A stretch of DNA of 64,000 bases from the human T2T-CHM13v2.0 reference genome, Homo sapiens: the NCBI RefSeq assembly GCF_009914755.1, contig NC_060932.1. One strand, written 5' to 3'. Below are positions 52,605 to 64,000 of this stretch, in pieces (position 1 is the stretch's first letter; each line of letters begins with the position of its first letter). The notes below the pieces were generated by a model that did not search any database, was not told the DNA's origin, and was given only the letters and a program-made list of their open reading frames with translations. The position numbers and the translations under genes were made by a program.

Positions 52605-52994
52605 GTTTCTTTAACTTTCATTTTAAGTTCAGGGGTACATGTGCAGGTTTGTTATATAGGTAAGCTTGTGTCATGGGAGTTTGTTGTACAGATTATTTCA
52701 TCACCCAAGTATTAAGCCTAATACCCATTAGTCATTTTTCTCAATCCTTTCTCTGGTCCCACCCTCCACCCGCCAACAGGCCCCATTGTGTATTGTTCCC
52801 CTCCACATGTCCATATGTTCTCCACATTTAGCTCCCATTTATAAGTGAGAACATGCGGTATTTGATTTTCTGTTCCTGTGTTAGTTTTCTAGGATAATGG
52901 CCTGTAGCTCCATTTATGTCCCTGCAAAGGACATGATTTCATTCTTTTTTATGGCTTCATAGTATTCCCTTGTGTATGTACCACATTTTCTTTA
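52605..52994 (-). mobile_element. L1PA13-like 3' fragment
   Basis: Same L1 3'UTR segment as 47438-47828. Confidence 0.88.
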
Positions 52995-53739
52995 ATGGTT
53001 ATTGAGCATCTTATTATGTTATGTTTAATTTAAACTCTTCCTTCTCTCATCAGAAGTCCTTCTGGTCATTTCTAATTTTTTTATTGTTATTACTAAACTT
53101 ACCAGAATAAAATTACTATGCATATATATCTTAAGACAATCTTCCTATTGCTTCTGTAATATAAAGTAAACTTCTACAGAATACAATTGTTTAAATGGAA
53201 TTTCAGGGACATAGGTTATGCATATTTTAAAATTTTAATATAAGTTATAAAGTTATCTTACAAAATAACAATGGCAATTTAAAATTCTGTATATAGCAGT
53301 GCTATTTTCATACACTCTTGTTTTACTTCAGATGCTTTAAATGTCTTAAATTCCAGTCAGTCCAAATGAAGAAAAACCTATTTCTTCATTTCAGTTTTTA
53401 TTTTAGAAAATATTAGATGAATATGTTTTTGTTTGAAACCATTCACATTTTTGTGAATTTCCTTTGACATTTGTTTCTTACTGCTTTTTAAAAACTAAAT
53501 TTTTCATAGATTTGTGGGATATATGTATATTTAAAACTATGAACTTTCGCTCTCAAGTATCTCTCGAATGCGTTACAACAATTATTATCATATACTAAGC
53601 AGAAGTTTTAAATGTTTAAAGTGGCTGTATCTCTTTATCTTTGCTTGATGCCTTTAGTAGTCTGTATATAGAAAAGCCTTGCCCAATTCTATGATTATTA
53701 TAGAAATACTATATTTTATTTGCCTTATAATACTGCTTC

Positions 53740-54685
53740 TTTTTTAATATTTTTATTGTAGCAAAATGCTCATAACATAAAATTTGCCATTTAGCCATTT
53801 TAAACTGCAAAATTCAATGGCATTTTCATACAGTCACAACATGTGAAACTATTACCACGGTCTAGTTTCAGAACATTTTCATTAGTTTAAAAGGAAACCC
53901 TGGAGGGTGGTGGGTTTGCAAAAACATTGCTTTTTTGAAAAAAAGGAAACCCTATAACCATTAAACAGTGACTCCCTCTTTCCACCTCCCCTGACAACCA
54001 CTAATCTGATTTCTATAGGCTTTTCAGTTATGCATATTTCATGTAAACAAAATCAGAAATATGTGGACTTTTGCATCTGACTTCTTTCACTTGGCATAAT
54101 GCTTTCAACATTAATCCATGTTGTAGCATGTATTGATACGTGTTAAGCCATTTGTGTTGCTATAAAGGAGTAACTAGGCTGGGTAATTTACAAAGAAAAG
54201 AAACTTAATTGGCTCACAGTTCTGTAGGCTGTACGGAAAATGTGGCGCTGGCATCTGCTGGACTACTGGTAAGGCCTCAGGAGCTTTTTTTTCATGGTGG
54301 AAGGCAAAATGAGAGCAGGTATGTGACATGGCAATAGCGGAAGCAAGACGTGGGGGATCTTCCACTCTCTTGTAAACAACCAGATCTCCCATGAACTCAG
54401 GAGAGAACTCACTCATTACCATGAGGATGACACCAAGTCATTCATAAGGGATCTACCCCATGACCCAAACACTTCCCACCAGGCCCCACCTCCAACACTA
54501 GGGATTATATTTCAACATGAGATTTGAGGGGGACAAATATCCAAACAATACCACTGTACTTTGTTCTTTTATGGCTGAATAGTAGTTCCTTTTCTGGATG
54601 GGTCACATTTTATTTACCCATGCATCAGCTGATGGTCATTTGGGTGGTTTTTATATTTTGGCTACCGTGAATAGGGCACTAAGGA
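53740..54685 (-). mobile_element. L1MB-like 3' fragment split by an MST LTR
   Basis: 'cataacataaaatttgccatt', 'aaaaggaaaccc', 'cttctttcacttggcataatg', resuming at 'tttatggctgaatagta'. Confidence 0.8.
54139..54553 (-). mobile_element. MSTB-like MaLR solo LTR
   Basis: 'tgttgctataaagga...ggctcacagttctgtaggctgtac...ggacaaatatccaaac'. Confidence 0.85.
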
Positions 54686-57600
54686 ACTTCATTAGGAAAG
54701 TTATCCCTCTTATTTACTAGGGGAAATATCAAAATTTAAAGCACTTTTCAGGACATTCTACCCCAGTGCAAGATGCTGCACAAATGCCAGTATCAGATGC
54801 AGGAAAATAAAAACAAAGTTTGATGTAACACTCAAGACATCCAGCCTTTGAAGCAATTCATGAAGCCTTAGCTCTCTCCAACTCATGTCTGAAGAAACCG
54901 GTTGCCATATTCTACAAGGCTATTACAAAAGAGCACGTTTCCTAGAGCTGGAACTTTAGTGATGAAAACACTTTCACAGGACCACTTAAAAACAAGAATC
55001 GCCTGAGTCTAATCTAAGTAAAACATGCCTTCATTTCTCAGCTGAATCAAATGGCTCCATTTCCCCAGTGGCTGAAGCTGCTGGGTAAAGAAAACAGAAT
55101 CAGTTGCTCCCTTTCATGAGCTGTGGACAAGAAAGGCTCTGAAATGCGAAGCTTAAACTTGTTTTACAGTCTAGGAACAAGGTGTAAGTACACCTCTGCT
55201 GGCTTCCCAAGAGCTAGCTTCCAAAGCAAGGTAATTGATTGCAGCATCCCACAAAGTAAGTAGGCAACCCATCTTTGACCTGCTGGCATGGCAAAAGCCT
55301 GACACGCATGCATGGGCGCTGTAATAAGAAAGATAATGCAGCCCTGGTGTCCCAAAGGTTGAGGAGCTCCTAGCAAAGGGTTAGAGTGGCTAAAAGGGCC
55401 CTGGAGATGAGCCGGTCCCATGTTCCCCCAAGAGAGATTCATGGAGAGTTGCCTCTCCATCTCGAGTTCATTCGTATTTGGTGGGTCCCAGGGAAGGAGT
55501 TGGCAGTAGAGGCTGGAACAGCTTGAAAAACAAAGTCTGTTCATGTTTTAGGAACATTATCATTGGCTTGAATTCCCCAATTGGTATTTGGAACCAGTGG
55601 GGAAACATTCACTGACTTACTTGCAGAACCAGGAGGCATCCAGAGAGTTGAGTTTTCTGTTACAACAAACTTCAATGTTTTAAGATGCTAGCCCATTTCA
55701 GTCAACAGCGTCAGAGCTCAGAGTAGCCAGAGGTTGTACTCACTTATGTCCTGTGTGCCACAACATCCCTAAAGACAGATAATAATCCAAAGAAATCCAA
55801 TAAACCCTTGCCTTTTCTCAGGGGTCATAACCCATGTGGCCTCTCCCAAATTAGATTTTAAGAATTTTAATATCTGAGTCTCCCTGATATCTGAAGAGTT
55901 AAGAAATGGAAAAAGAAAGTCTAAAGGGATAGTCTCTGCCCCCATGGATGGAATGTGAACCACATAGTTTGTGATTTTTAAGATCTTGATCTAGAAAATT
56001 TGCTCCTTTTAAAGTCAAATACTTGTAAAAATATTTATTGGTGATTACCCGCAGAAAATCTCAGTTCTATATGTGTCCCCATCTACTGATAAAATAAGAA
56101 TAATAAATACAAATATGGATGATTACCATATTCTGGAGAGGTGAACAACAAATCATGTACTATTTACTGAGTTTTCCAGAGAGCAGTTTTTAAATTAATC
56201 CATTAAAAAATTATTTGTAAAGCACCTCATAAGAATTAATGATTACAAAAATTTGTTTCAGGCAATGAGGATTCAGCAGAGAACAGAACAGACAAAACCC
56301 TTGCTTTCTATTGATGACAGAGCCAATATTTTGGGGTGAAGAATTTGGAGAATAGTTGTTTTAAAATAACTCTGGCTTAAAGGAAGAAGAGTAAAATAGT
56401 TACATCCTTAAAGGAAAAAGAATAAAATCTTCCATCCTACAGAATGTCTTTCAATTTGAAAAAATGCCCCAAAGTATATCAAGGTTTCATGCCATCTTTC
56501 AACAGTTAGTAGCAAAAATAGTTGAGACACAAGCTATTTGGAGATATCAGCTTGTCTTTGGAGAAGATTAAAAGGAACTTTTTGGAGAAAGCAAGACTGA
56601 AATTACCTCCTGATAAATGCCGGTGTTCCTCGGATCACAGGGATTAGCCAAAGTGAGGATGAACATAGAAATTGTCACCGTCTGATTTTTTCTCCTTCTG
56701 GGAATATGATGGATATGACATAAAGTTTGTGAAGCTTATTTCATGATTGCTAAACCATTAATGATGTAACTGTGAGTTATAAGAATAAGATCAGGGTAGA
56801 TTTGACCAAGCAGGAGAAAGCTAGAGAACAAAAGGAATCTGTCTCATCAACCCAGGTTCTTCAACATTTAAGGAAATTAGTATTGAGCCATCCATTGACT
56901 GGGTACTCATTACTCTGCAAAAACTATTATCAGCCCCTGACTTAGCCTTAGCTGACCCTAGTAAGTCCCTTACTGTGCATACAGGAGTGAGCTTTGAAGG
57001 ACCAGAGGTGAGCAAAGAGGAGGCATGCAGTTTTTAACAGCAGGAGAGTGTCAGAGCACTAAGCAGAGTACTCTACTCACAATTCAAAATCTTTGCCTCA
57101 AGATGGACAATCATGTGTATTTCAGGCATGTGTATACAGTGGCTTTCAGATTGTAGACTAGCAACATCCCCTGCATCCACTAGTGCCAAACAAAATACCA
57201 AGCGACAGTGGCAGGTGGACACAATTGCTGTTTAAATGTATAGTCCAGCAGCTGAATGTCAAATATAATTAAGAAAGAAATTTTTCTGCTAGATCCATTC
57301 TTAGATCCTGAAGCCATTCTTAGTGATCTAGGATTTTCAAGGTATCGGTCAACTCCCCATAAAAATATGGAAGAAAATGGGTCTGCTTCCCCAAGCTGTG
57401 CTGGGGGCAACTGTTCAGCATGTAGCATTACACAAATCATCTCTACTTCAGTCAGAAACAGAAAAAGGGAAAGGGGAAAAAAATGAGGGCTGAACCTGAG
57501 CTACAGGTTAAAGGGAATAACCTAGGATAGAAGGCATGGAGTCTAAATTGCAATACCTGTGGCCCCTGCACGCAGGAGAAAATTAAGTGGGAATCATGCC

Positions 57601-58719
57601 ATTCAACAAGTTCCATGTCCTTAGAAATAAACTTCAGAATGTTGAAAAAGTAGTAGCATCCACTGATGCCCATGCCTGTTATCCCCAAGTGTATCACAGC
57701 TAGGCAAAAGAGGTGTCCAGAATGTCCTGTATAAGGCATCCAGAATGTCCTGGACTGTGGGAAAGAAAATTTTCAAAGCATAGCTCACCGCTAGGTTTTA
57801 CACAGAGCAGGTGAGAGGCTAGAAGACAGTGACAAGGGAACAGAAATACAGAACTATTCCGTTCCATCAATATGAACACCCACATCCAGGAATGGGTGCT
57901 GTTTACTTTTTTAACTCTTTGCAAGCATTATGACTTTGTACAGTAATGCATCCAACATATGAGATATTGAGCACACACCCACAAAGCCCTCCGAGCAAAC
58001 TCACCTTTTATTTGTTGATGTTAGAGTAGGAGTCTTTGCTGATCATAAATTTTTTTCTATTTTGAAATGCATTTAGGATACAAGACTTCAGAAAACTTAC
58101 TTAGTATGTAGGTTATCCATGGGTGAGTTTCAGGAATGGTTCTGGTCATCTACTGGTGCTACTTGAATAATACAGATAGAAATAAACTTCATTAAGATGC
58201 CAAGTTAAGCTACATAAATTTGCAAAAAGGAAACATGATGCTACTTGGAACTTTCCTGTCAAGATATAAGAAACAGAATGCGAAACATTCCTCATTGCAT
58301 TGTAGTGAGGCTCTGGTAGTTTACTCTGCAAAGTGCAAGCAAAGTGGGCAAGGCCAGACAGGAACTTCTACATCAATATATTGTTTAAGAAGGAAAATGG
58401 TTAGGTAACATGTTCCTACATGCCAAAATGCAGATGAGAAATGATGAGGTGGAACCAAGAGCAAAAATATCTCAACAGGAATCAGAGAAATGCTACTCCC
58501 AATTTACTAGGAAGCAGGGAACAGCAAATGAGCAATGAGCTTTAATTAAAAAAAAAAAAAAAGGAGTAATAATCCATCTGGTCCCACCAGGAGAGATGTG
58601 TACATCCACAGTTCAAGGTATTGGTCCATTGAAGGTACCCTTTGAATTGAATGTTCTACTCATGGGGACTGCTCTGTAGGTGGAAAACCATAAAAATTAG
58701 TAAATTTACATGCTTTTCA

Positions 58720-59239
<520 letters not shown>

Positions 59240-59419
59240 ACATTATTTTCATTCATGTGCAAATTTTTACAACAGTTATATCATGTATTAGAACACAAAT
59301 AAAATATAATACATCCTAGAAAGCAAAAAATTTACAGACCATATTCTCTGACTACCATACAATAAACCAAAAAATTACTAACAAAAGAATGACAGCTTAA
59401 AGTCAATATGCCTTTTCAA

Positions 59420-62385
59420 AGCAGACTATATTTTTGGAATAATTTTAGACTTGCAGGAAAAAAACTGAAAAGATAGAATGGAAAGTTCCATATGTTCTAC
59501 ATCTGGTTTCCCCTACTACTGACATCAGTGTGGTATATTTGTGAAATTTAGTGAACTAATATTAATGAATTATTATTAAATGAAGCCCATTCCATATTCA
59601 GATTGCCTCAATTTTTACCTTGTGTCCTGTTTCTCTCCCAGGATCCTATCCAGAATACCATATTACATTCAGTTGTCGTGTCTCCTTGGGTGCTTCTTGG
59701 TTGTGACAGTTTCTCAGACTTCTTGTTTTTGATGACCATGACAGTATTGAGGAGTACTGGTCAGGTACTTTATAAAACTCCGCTCTTTAGAAACTTGTCT
59801 AATGTTTGTCTCATGTTAGAGTAGGGCTATAAGTTTGGGGGTGGAAGATCACAGAGGTAAGGTGCCATTTTCATCATATTCTATCAAGAGCACATATTAT
59901 CAGCATGATTTAGTTCTGCTGATATTGCCCTCAATTACCTTGCCAAGGTAGTGTTTACAAAGCTTTTCCACTGCAAAGACACCATTTCTTTTCTTTACTG
60001 TACTCTCAAAGGAAGTCACTATATGCAGCCTATACTTAGGGAGTGGGGAGTTCTGCTTCCCCTCCTTGAGGGAGATTTGTCTCTTCTCCCCATTAATTAA
60101 TTTATTCAACAATTTATTTATGACTCATGGTTATTTTATTATTTGAGTTATGATTCAACCCATCTTTGTTTATATGTTGCTCAAATTGCTCTCCCCTTCA
60201 CCACTGGGAGATCCTTAAAGTGGATCTTATTCCACTTTAACATACCTCATTAGTGTGGGCTATGCCTTTAATCACTTCCTTAGTTTCTGGCATTGAAGGA
60301 TCTTCCAGACTTATCTTACCTAATTTCTGTCCTAGTCCTAGGATCAGCCATTTCTCCAAGGAGCCCTGGTTCTTTTTATTAAAGACTGGCATTCCAAACC
60401 AAGATCTAGCTGCTTAGCTGTACTGGTTGCCACTGAGGTGCCATGGCTTCTAGGCCTCTCTGCCGACAATGCAAGGAAATTAATGTTGTATAGTCTCAAC
60501 TTTGATCCATTAACACTTAGGACATTCTAGCCTTCTCCCTCCTGTAAACTCCCACTCTAGCAGAGATACACCTGGCTCATGCCTCCCACCATCCATTTAC
60601 TTAATTGTTCAATTCTAGTATACAGTTATAGAAGTATCAGATGATTAAACCGTACATATCATGGGAAAATCTTTTTCAACTAGAGTGCAGTGCTTCTGTG
60701 CAATTTGTTTTGCCTTAGTCTTATGGATTTCAATCATTTCCAAAGCTACTTAGGTCAGTCCTTCCCTACTCTTACTTTCCTCACTGAAGTTGTTTTATAA
60801 TGTGTAATACAGTTATACTCTTTTTTTCATAGTCTGCATATGATTTGGGGAAGCAGTAAACTGCTAAATGATCGTTTTTAAACATCACTCTTTATGCTCA
60901 ATGGGTTTTGACAAATGCACAGTGCCATGTGGTCTCCATTATATTATTATACAGAATGGCTTCAGCAGCCCCCCAAAAAGAAAAAAAAATCACTTATGCT
61001 TCACCTATTCCATGTTTTCCTCCTACCCCAGAACTTCTGGCAACCACTAAACATTTTACTGTCTACAGTTTTGCCTTTTCCAAAATGTTAGGAAATTGGA
61101 ATCATACAGTATGTAGCCTTTTCAAACTGAATTTTTGCTTTAGAAATATGCATTTAAGTTTACTTTAGGTCTCTTCATGGTTTAATGGCTTATTTCTTTT
61201 TATCACTGAATAATCATCTATTGTGTGGATTACTATAGTTTGTTTATCCATTCATCTATTGAAGAACATTTTGTTTGCTTTCAGTTTTTACAACTATGAA
61301 TAAAGCTACTATAAACATTTACTTGCACATTTTTATGTGGACATAAATTTGCATAGCAGTTGGGTAAATACCTAAGATGCAATTGCTTGATTTTTTGGTA
61401 AGACTATGTTTAGCTTTGTAAGAAATTGCCAGACAGTTTTCCAAAGTAACTGTCCCATTTTATACATTACCACTAGCAATGTATGAGAGTTCCTGTTGTT
61501 CTATATCCTTGCCAGCATTTGGTACTGTCATTGTTTTATGGATTTTAGCCATTTAGTAAATATGTAATGGTATCTTATTTTTGTTTTAATTTGCAAATCC
61601 CTAATCAAATGATGAAAATCTTTTCACATGCTTCTTGTTTGTCTGCAAATATTTTTAGTGAATTGTTCAGATCTTTTTTAAATTTGTTTGCATGTTTTCT
61701 TCCTGTTGATTTTTAAGTGTTTTTTGTATATTTTGGATGCAAGTGCTTTATCAGATATGCGTTTTCCAAATTCTTTCTCCCAGTCTGTGATTTCTCTTTT
61801 AATTCTCTTAACAGTGTCTTTTGCAGGGCAGAAGTTTGTAATTTTAACTAAGTTCAATATCATTTTTTTCTTGTATAGATAATACTTTTAGTGCTGTACC
61901 TAAAATGTCGTTGCCAAAGCCAAGAATACCTAGATTTTCTCCTATTTTCTTATAGATGTTTATAGTAATAAAACTTAAAAACTACATTTTTTATTTTACA
62001 TTTATGTCTATGACCCATTTTGAGTTAATTTTTGTGAAAGGTTTTAGGAAGGTCTGTGATTAGGTTCATTTTTCTGCATTGGGATGTCTACTTGTTTAAG
62101 CAGCATTTGTTGCAAAGCCTATTTTTTTCCCATTGAATCGCCTTTGCTCCTTTGTCAATGATCAGCTGACTATATTTACGTGGGTCTATTTCTGGGCTCT
62201 CTATTCTGTTACAATGATCTATGTTCCTATTCTTTCACCAATACCATGCTCTCTTGATTAATTTAGCTTTATAGTAAGCCTTCTGGTTGAGTAATGTGAG
62301 CCCTGCAACTTTGTTGTCCTCCTCTAATATTGTCTTGGCCATTCTAGGTATTTTGCCCTTCTATGTAAACTTCAGAATCCATTTT
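59420..62385 (-). mobile_element. L1MD-like 3'UTR and ORF2 end
   Basis: 'ggatcctatccagaataccatattacatt...gaggagtactggtcaggta'. Minus ORF 61678..61863 (DTVKRIKR..TDWEK.F) is the L1 ORF2 C-terminal region. Confidence 0.8.
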
Positions 62386-62387
62386 CA

Positions 62388-64000
62388 GATCTTCACAAGA
62401 AGAACTATAAAACACTGTTGAAAGAAATCACAGATGATACAAACAGATGACAAAATATTCCATGCTCATGGATTGAAAGAATCAATATCCTTAAAATGGC
62501 CACACTACCCAAAGCAATCTACAGATTTATTGCTATTTCTATCAAACTGCTAATGTCATTTTTCATGGAACTAGAAAAAACTATTCCAAAATTCATATAG
62601 AACAAAAAAAGAGCCTGAATAGTCAAAGCAATTTTAAGCAAAAAAAGAAAACCAGAGGCATCACATTACCTAACTTTGCACTACACTGTGAGTCTACAGT
62701 AACTGAAACAGCATGGTACTGCTACAAAAAGAGATATATAGACCAATGGAACAGGGAACCCAGAAATAAAGCCACACATCTACAGCCATCTGATTTTCAA
62801 CAAGGTTGACAAAAATAAGCAATGGAGAAAGGACTCCCTGTTCAATAAATGGTGCTGGGATAGCTGGCTAGCCACATGTAGAAAAATGAAACTGGACCCC
62901 TACCTTTCACCATATACAAAAGTCAACTCAAGATGAATTAAAGATTTAAATATAAGATCTCAAACTCTAAAAATCCTGGAAGAAAACCTAGGAAATGCTA
63001 TTCTGGACATTGGCCTTGGGAAAGAATTTATGAGTAAGTCCTAAAAAGCAATTGCAACAAGAACAAAAATTGACAAATGGAACCTAATTAAACTAAAGAG
63101 CTTCTGTACAACAAAAGAAGCTATTAACAAAATAAACAAAAAACCTACAGAATGGGAGAAAGTATTCACAAACGATTCATCTGAAAAAGGTCTAATATCC
63201 AGAATCTATAAGAAATTAAACAACTCAACTAGCAAAAAACAAACAACCCCATTAAAAAATGGGCAAAAGACATGAACAGACACTTTTCAAAAGAAGACAT
63301 ACAAGTGGGTAAGAAATATACGAAAAAAATGCTCATCATCACTAATCATCGGAGAAATGTAAGCAAATCCAAACACAATGTGGCACCATCTCATACCAGT
63401 TAGAATGGCTATTATTAAAAAGTCAAAAAATAACAGGTGCTGGCAAGGCTGTGGAGAAGGGAACACCTATACAATGTTGGTGGGAAAATAAATTAGTTCA
63501 GCCACTGTGGAAAGCAGTTTTGAGATTTCTCAAAGAACTGAGAACTACCATTCAACCCAGCAATCCCAATACTGGATATATTTCCAAAAGTAAGTAAATA
63601 GTTGTACCAAAAAGACACATGCAATCAAATGTTCATCACAGCACTATTGACAATAGCAAAGACATGGAATCATCTTAGATGCTAATCAATGATAGATTGG
63701 ATAAAGAAAATGTGGTATACATACAACATGGAATGCTCTGCATCCCCCAAAAAGAACAAAATCATATATTTGCAGCTACATGGACACAGCTGAAAGCCAT
63801 TATCCTAAGAGAATTAACTTAGGAACAGAAAACCAATGTTCTCACTTGTAAGTATTGGGTACTCATGGACATGAAGGTGGCAACAATAGATACTGAGGAC
63901 TACTAGAGAGGGGAGGGAGGGAGGGAGACAGGCAAAGGTTGAAAAACTATTGGGTACTATGCTCAGTACCTGGGTGATAGGATTAATTGTACCCAAAACC
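62388..64000 (+). mobile_element. L1PB3/4-like 3' portion, runs off the window's right edge
   Basis: Sense ORF2 sequence, then 'gggtactcatggacat.aag.tggcaacaataga.actg...gggtactatgctcagtacctgggtga'. Confidence 0.9.

Noticed and set aside
57296-57751. Short repeats ccattcttag x2 and tccagaatgtcctg x2 as an array or CRISPR-like structure
   Set aside because: Only two copies of each, with no regular spacing. They are ordinary micro-duplications in eukaryotic DNA.
61200-63400. Back-to-back opposite-strand L1 sequence at ~62388 as a third twin-priming inversion
   Set aside because: The two sides overlap in ORF2 coordinates and each has its own, different 3'UTR (L1MD-like versus L1PB-like), so they are two independent elements.

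Overview
This is primate (human-like) genomic DNA: AT-rich and dominated by interspersed repeats, with no protein-coding exon, RNA gene or CRISPR array that I can support. It contains several decayed L1 elements (L1MA-, L1PB-, L1PA- and L1MD-like), two of them with 5' inversions. There are about 11 Alus (J, S and Y types), solo LTRs (MER93-like, LTR22/HML-5, THE1, MER50, MST, MLT1/2), an LTR33-like LTR with ERVL internal sequence, an HSMAR2 mariner remnant, MER5A, and L2/MIR fragments. All ORFs with recognisable motifs come from L1, Alu or mariner. Subfamily names are from recalled consensus features and need RepeatMasker confirmation. The structures the repeat annotation does not explain are a ~95%-identical 244-bp inverted repeat pair flanking ~810 bp (45390-46687), a tail-to-tail Alu fusion with a 28-bp templated duplication (58766-59239), and a ~120-bp direct duplication (20256/21191). 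I see no convincing novel protein-based system. The best candidates are structural-variation substrates and rearrangement scars.
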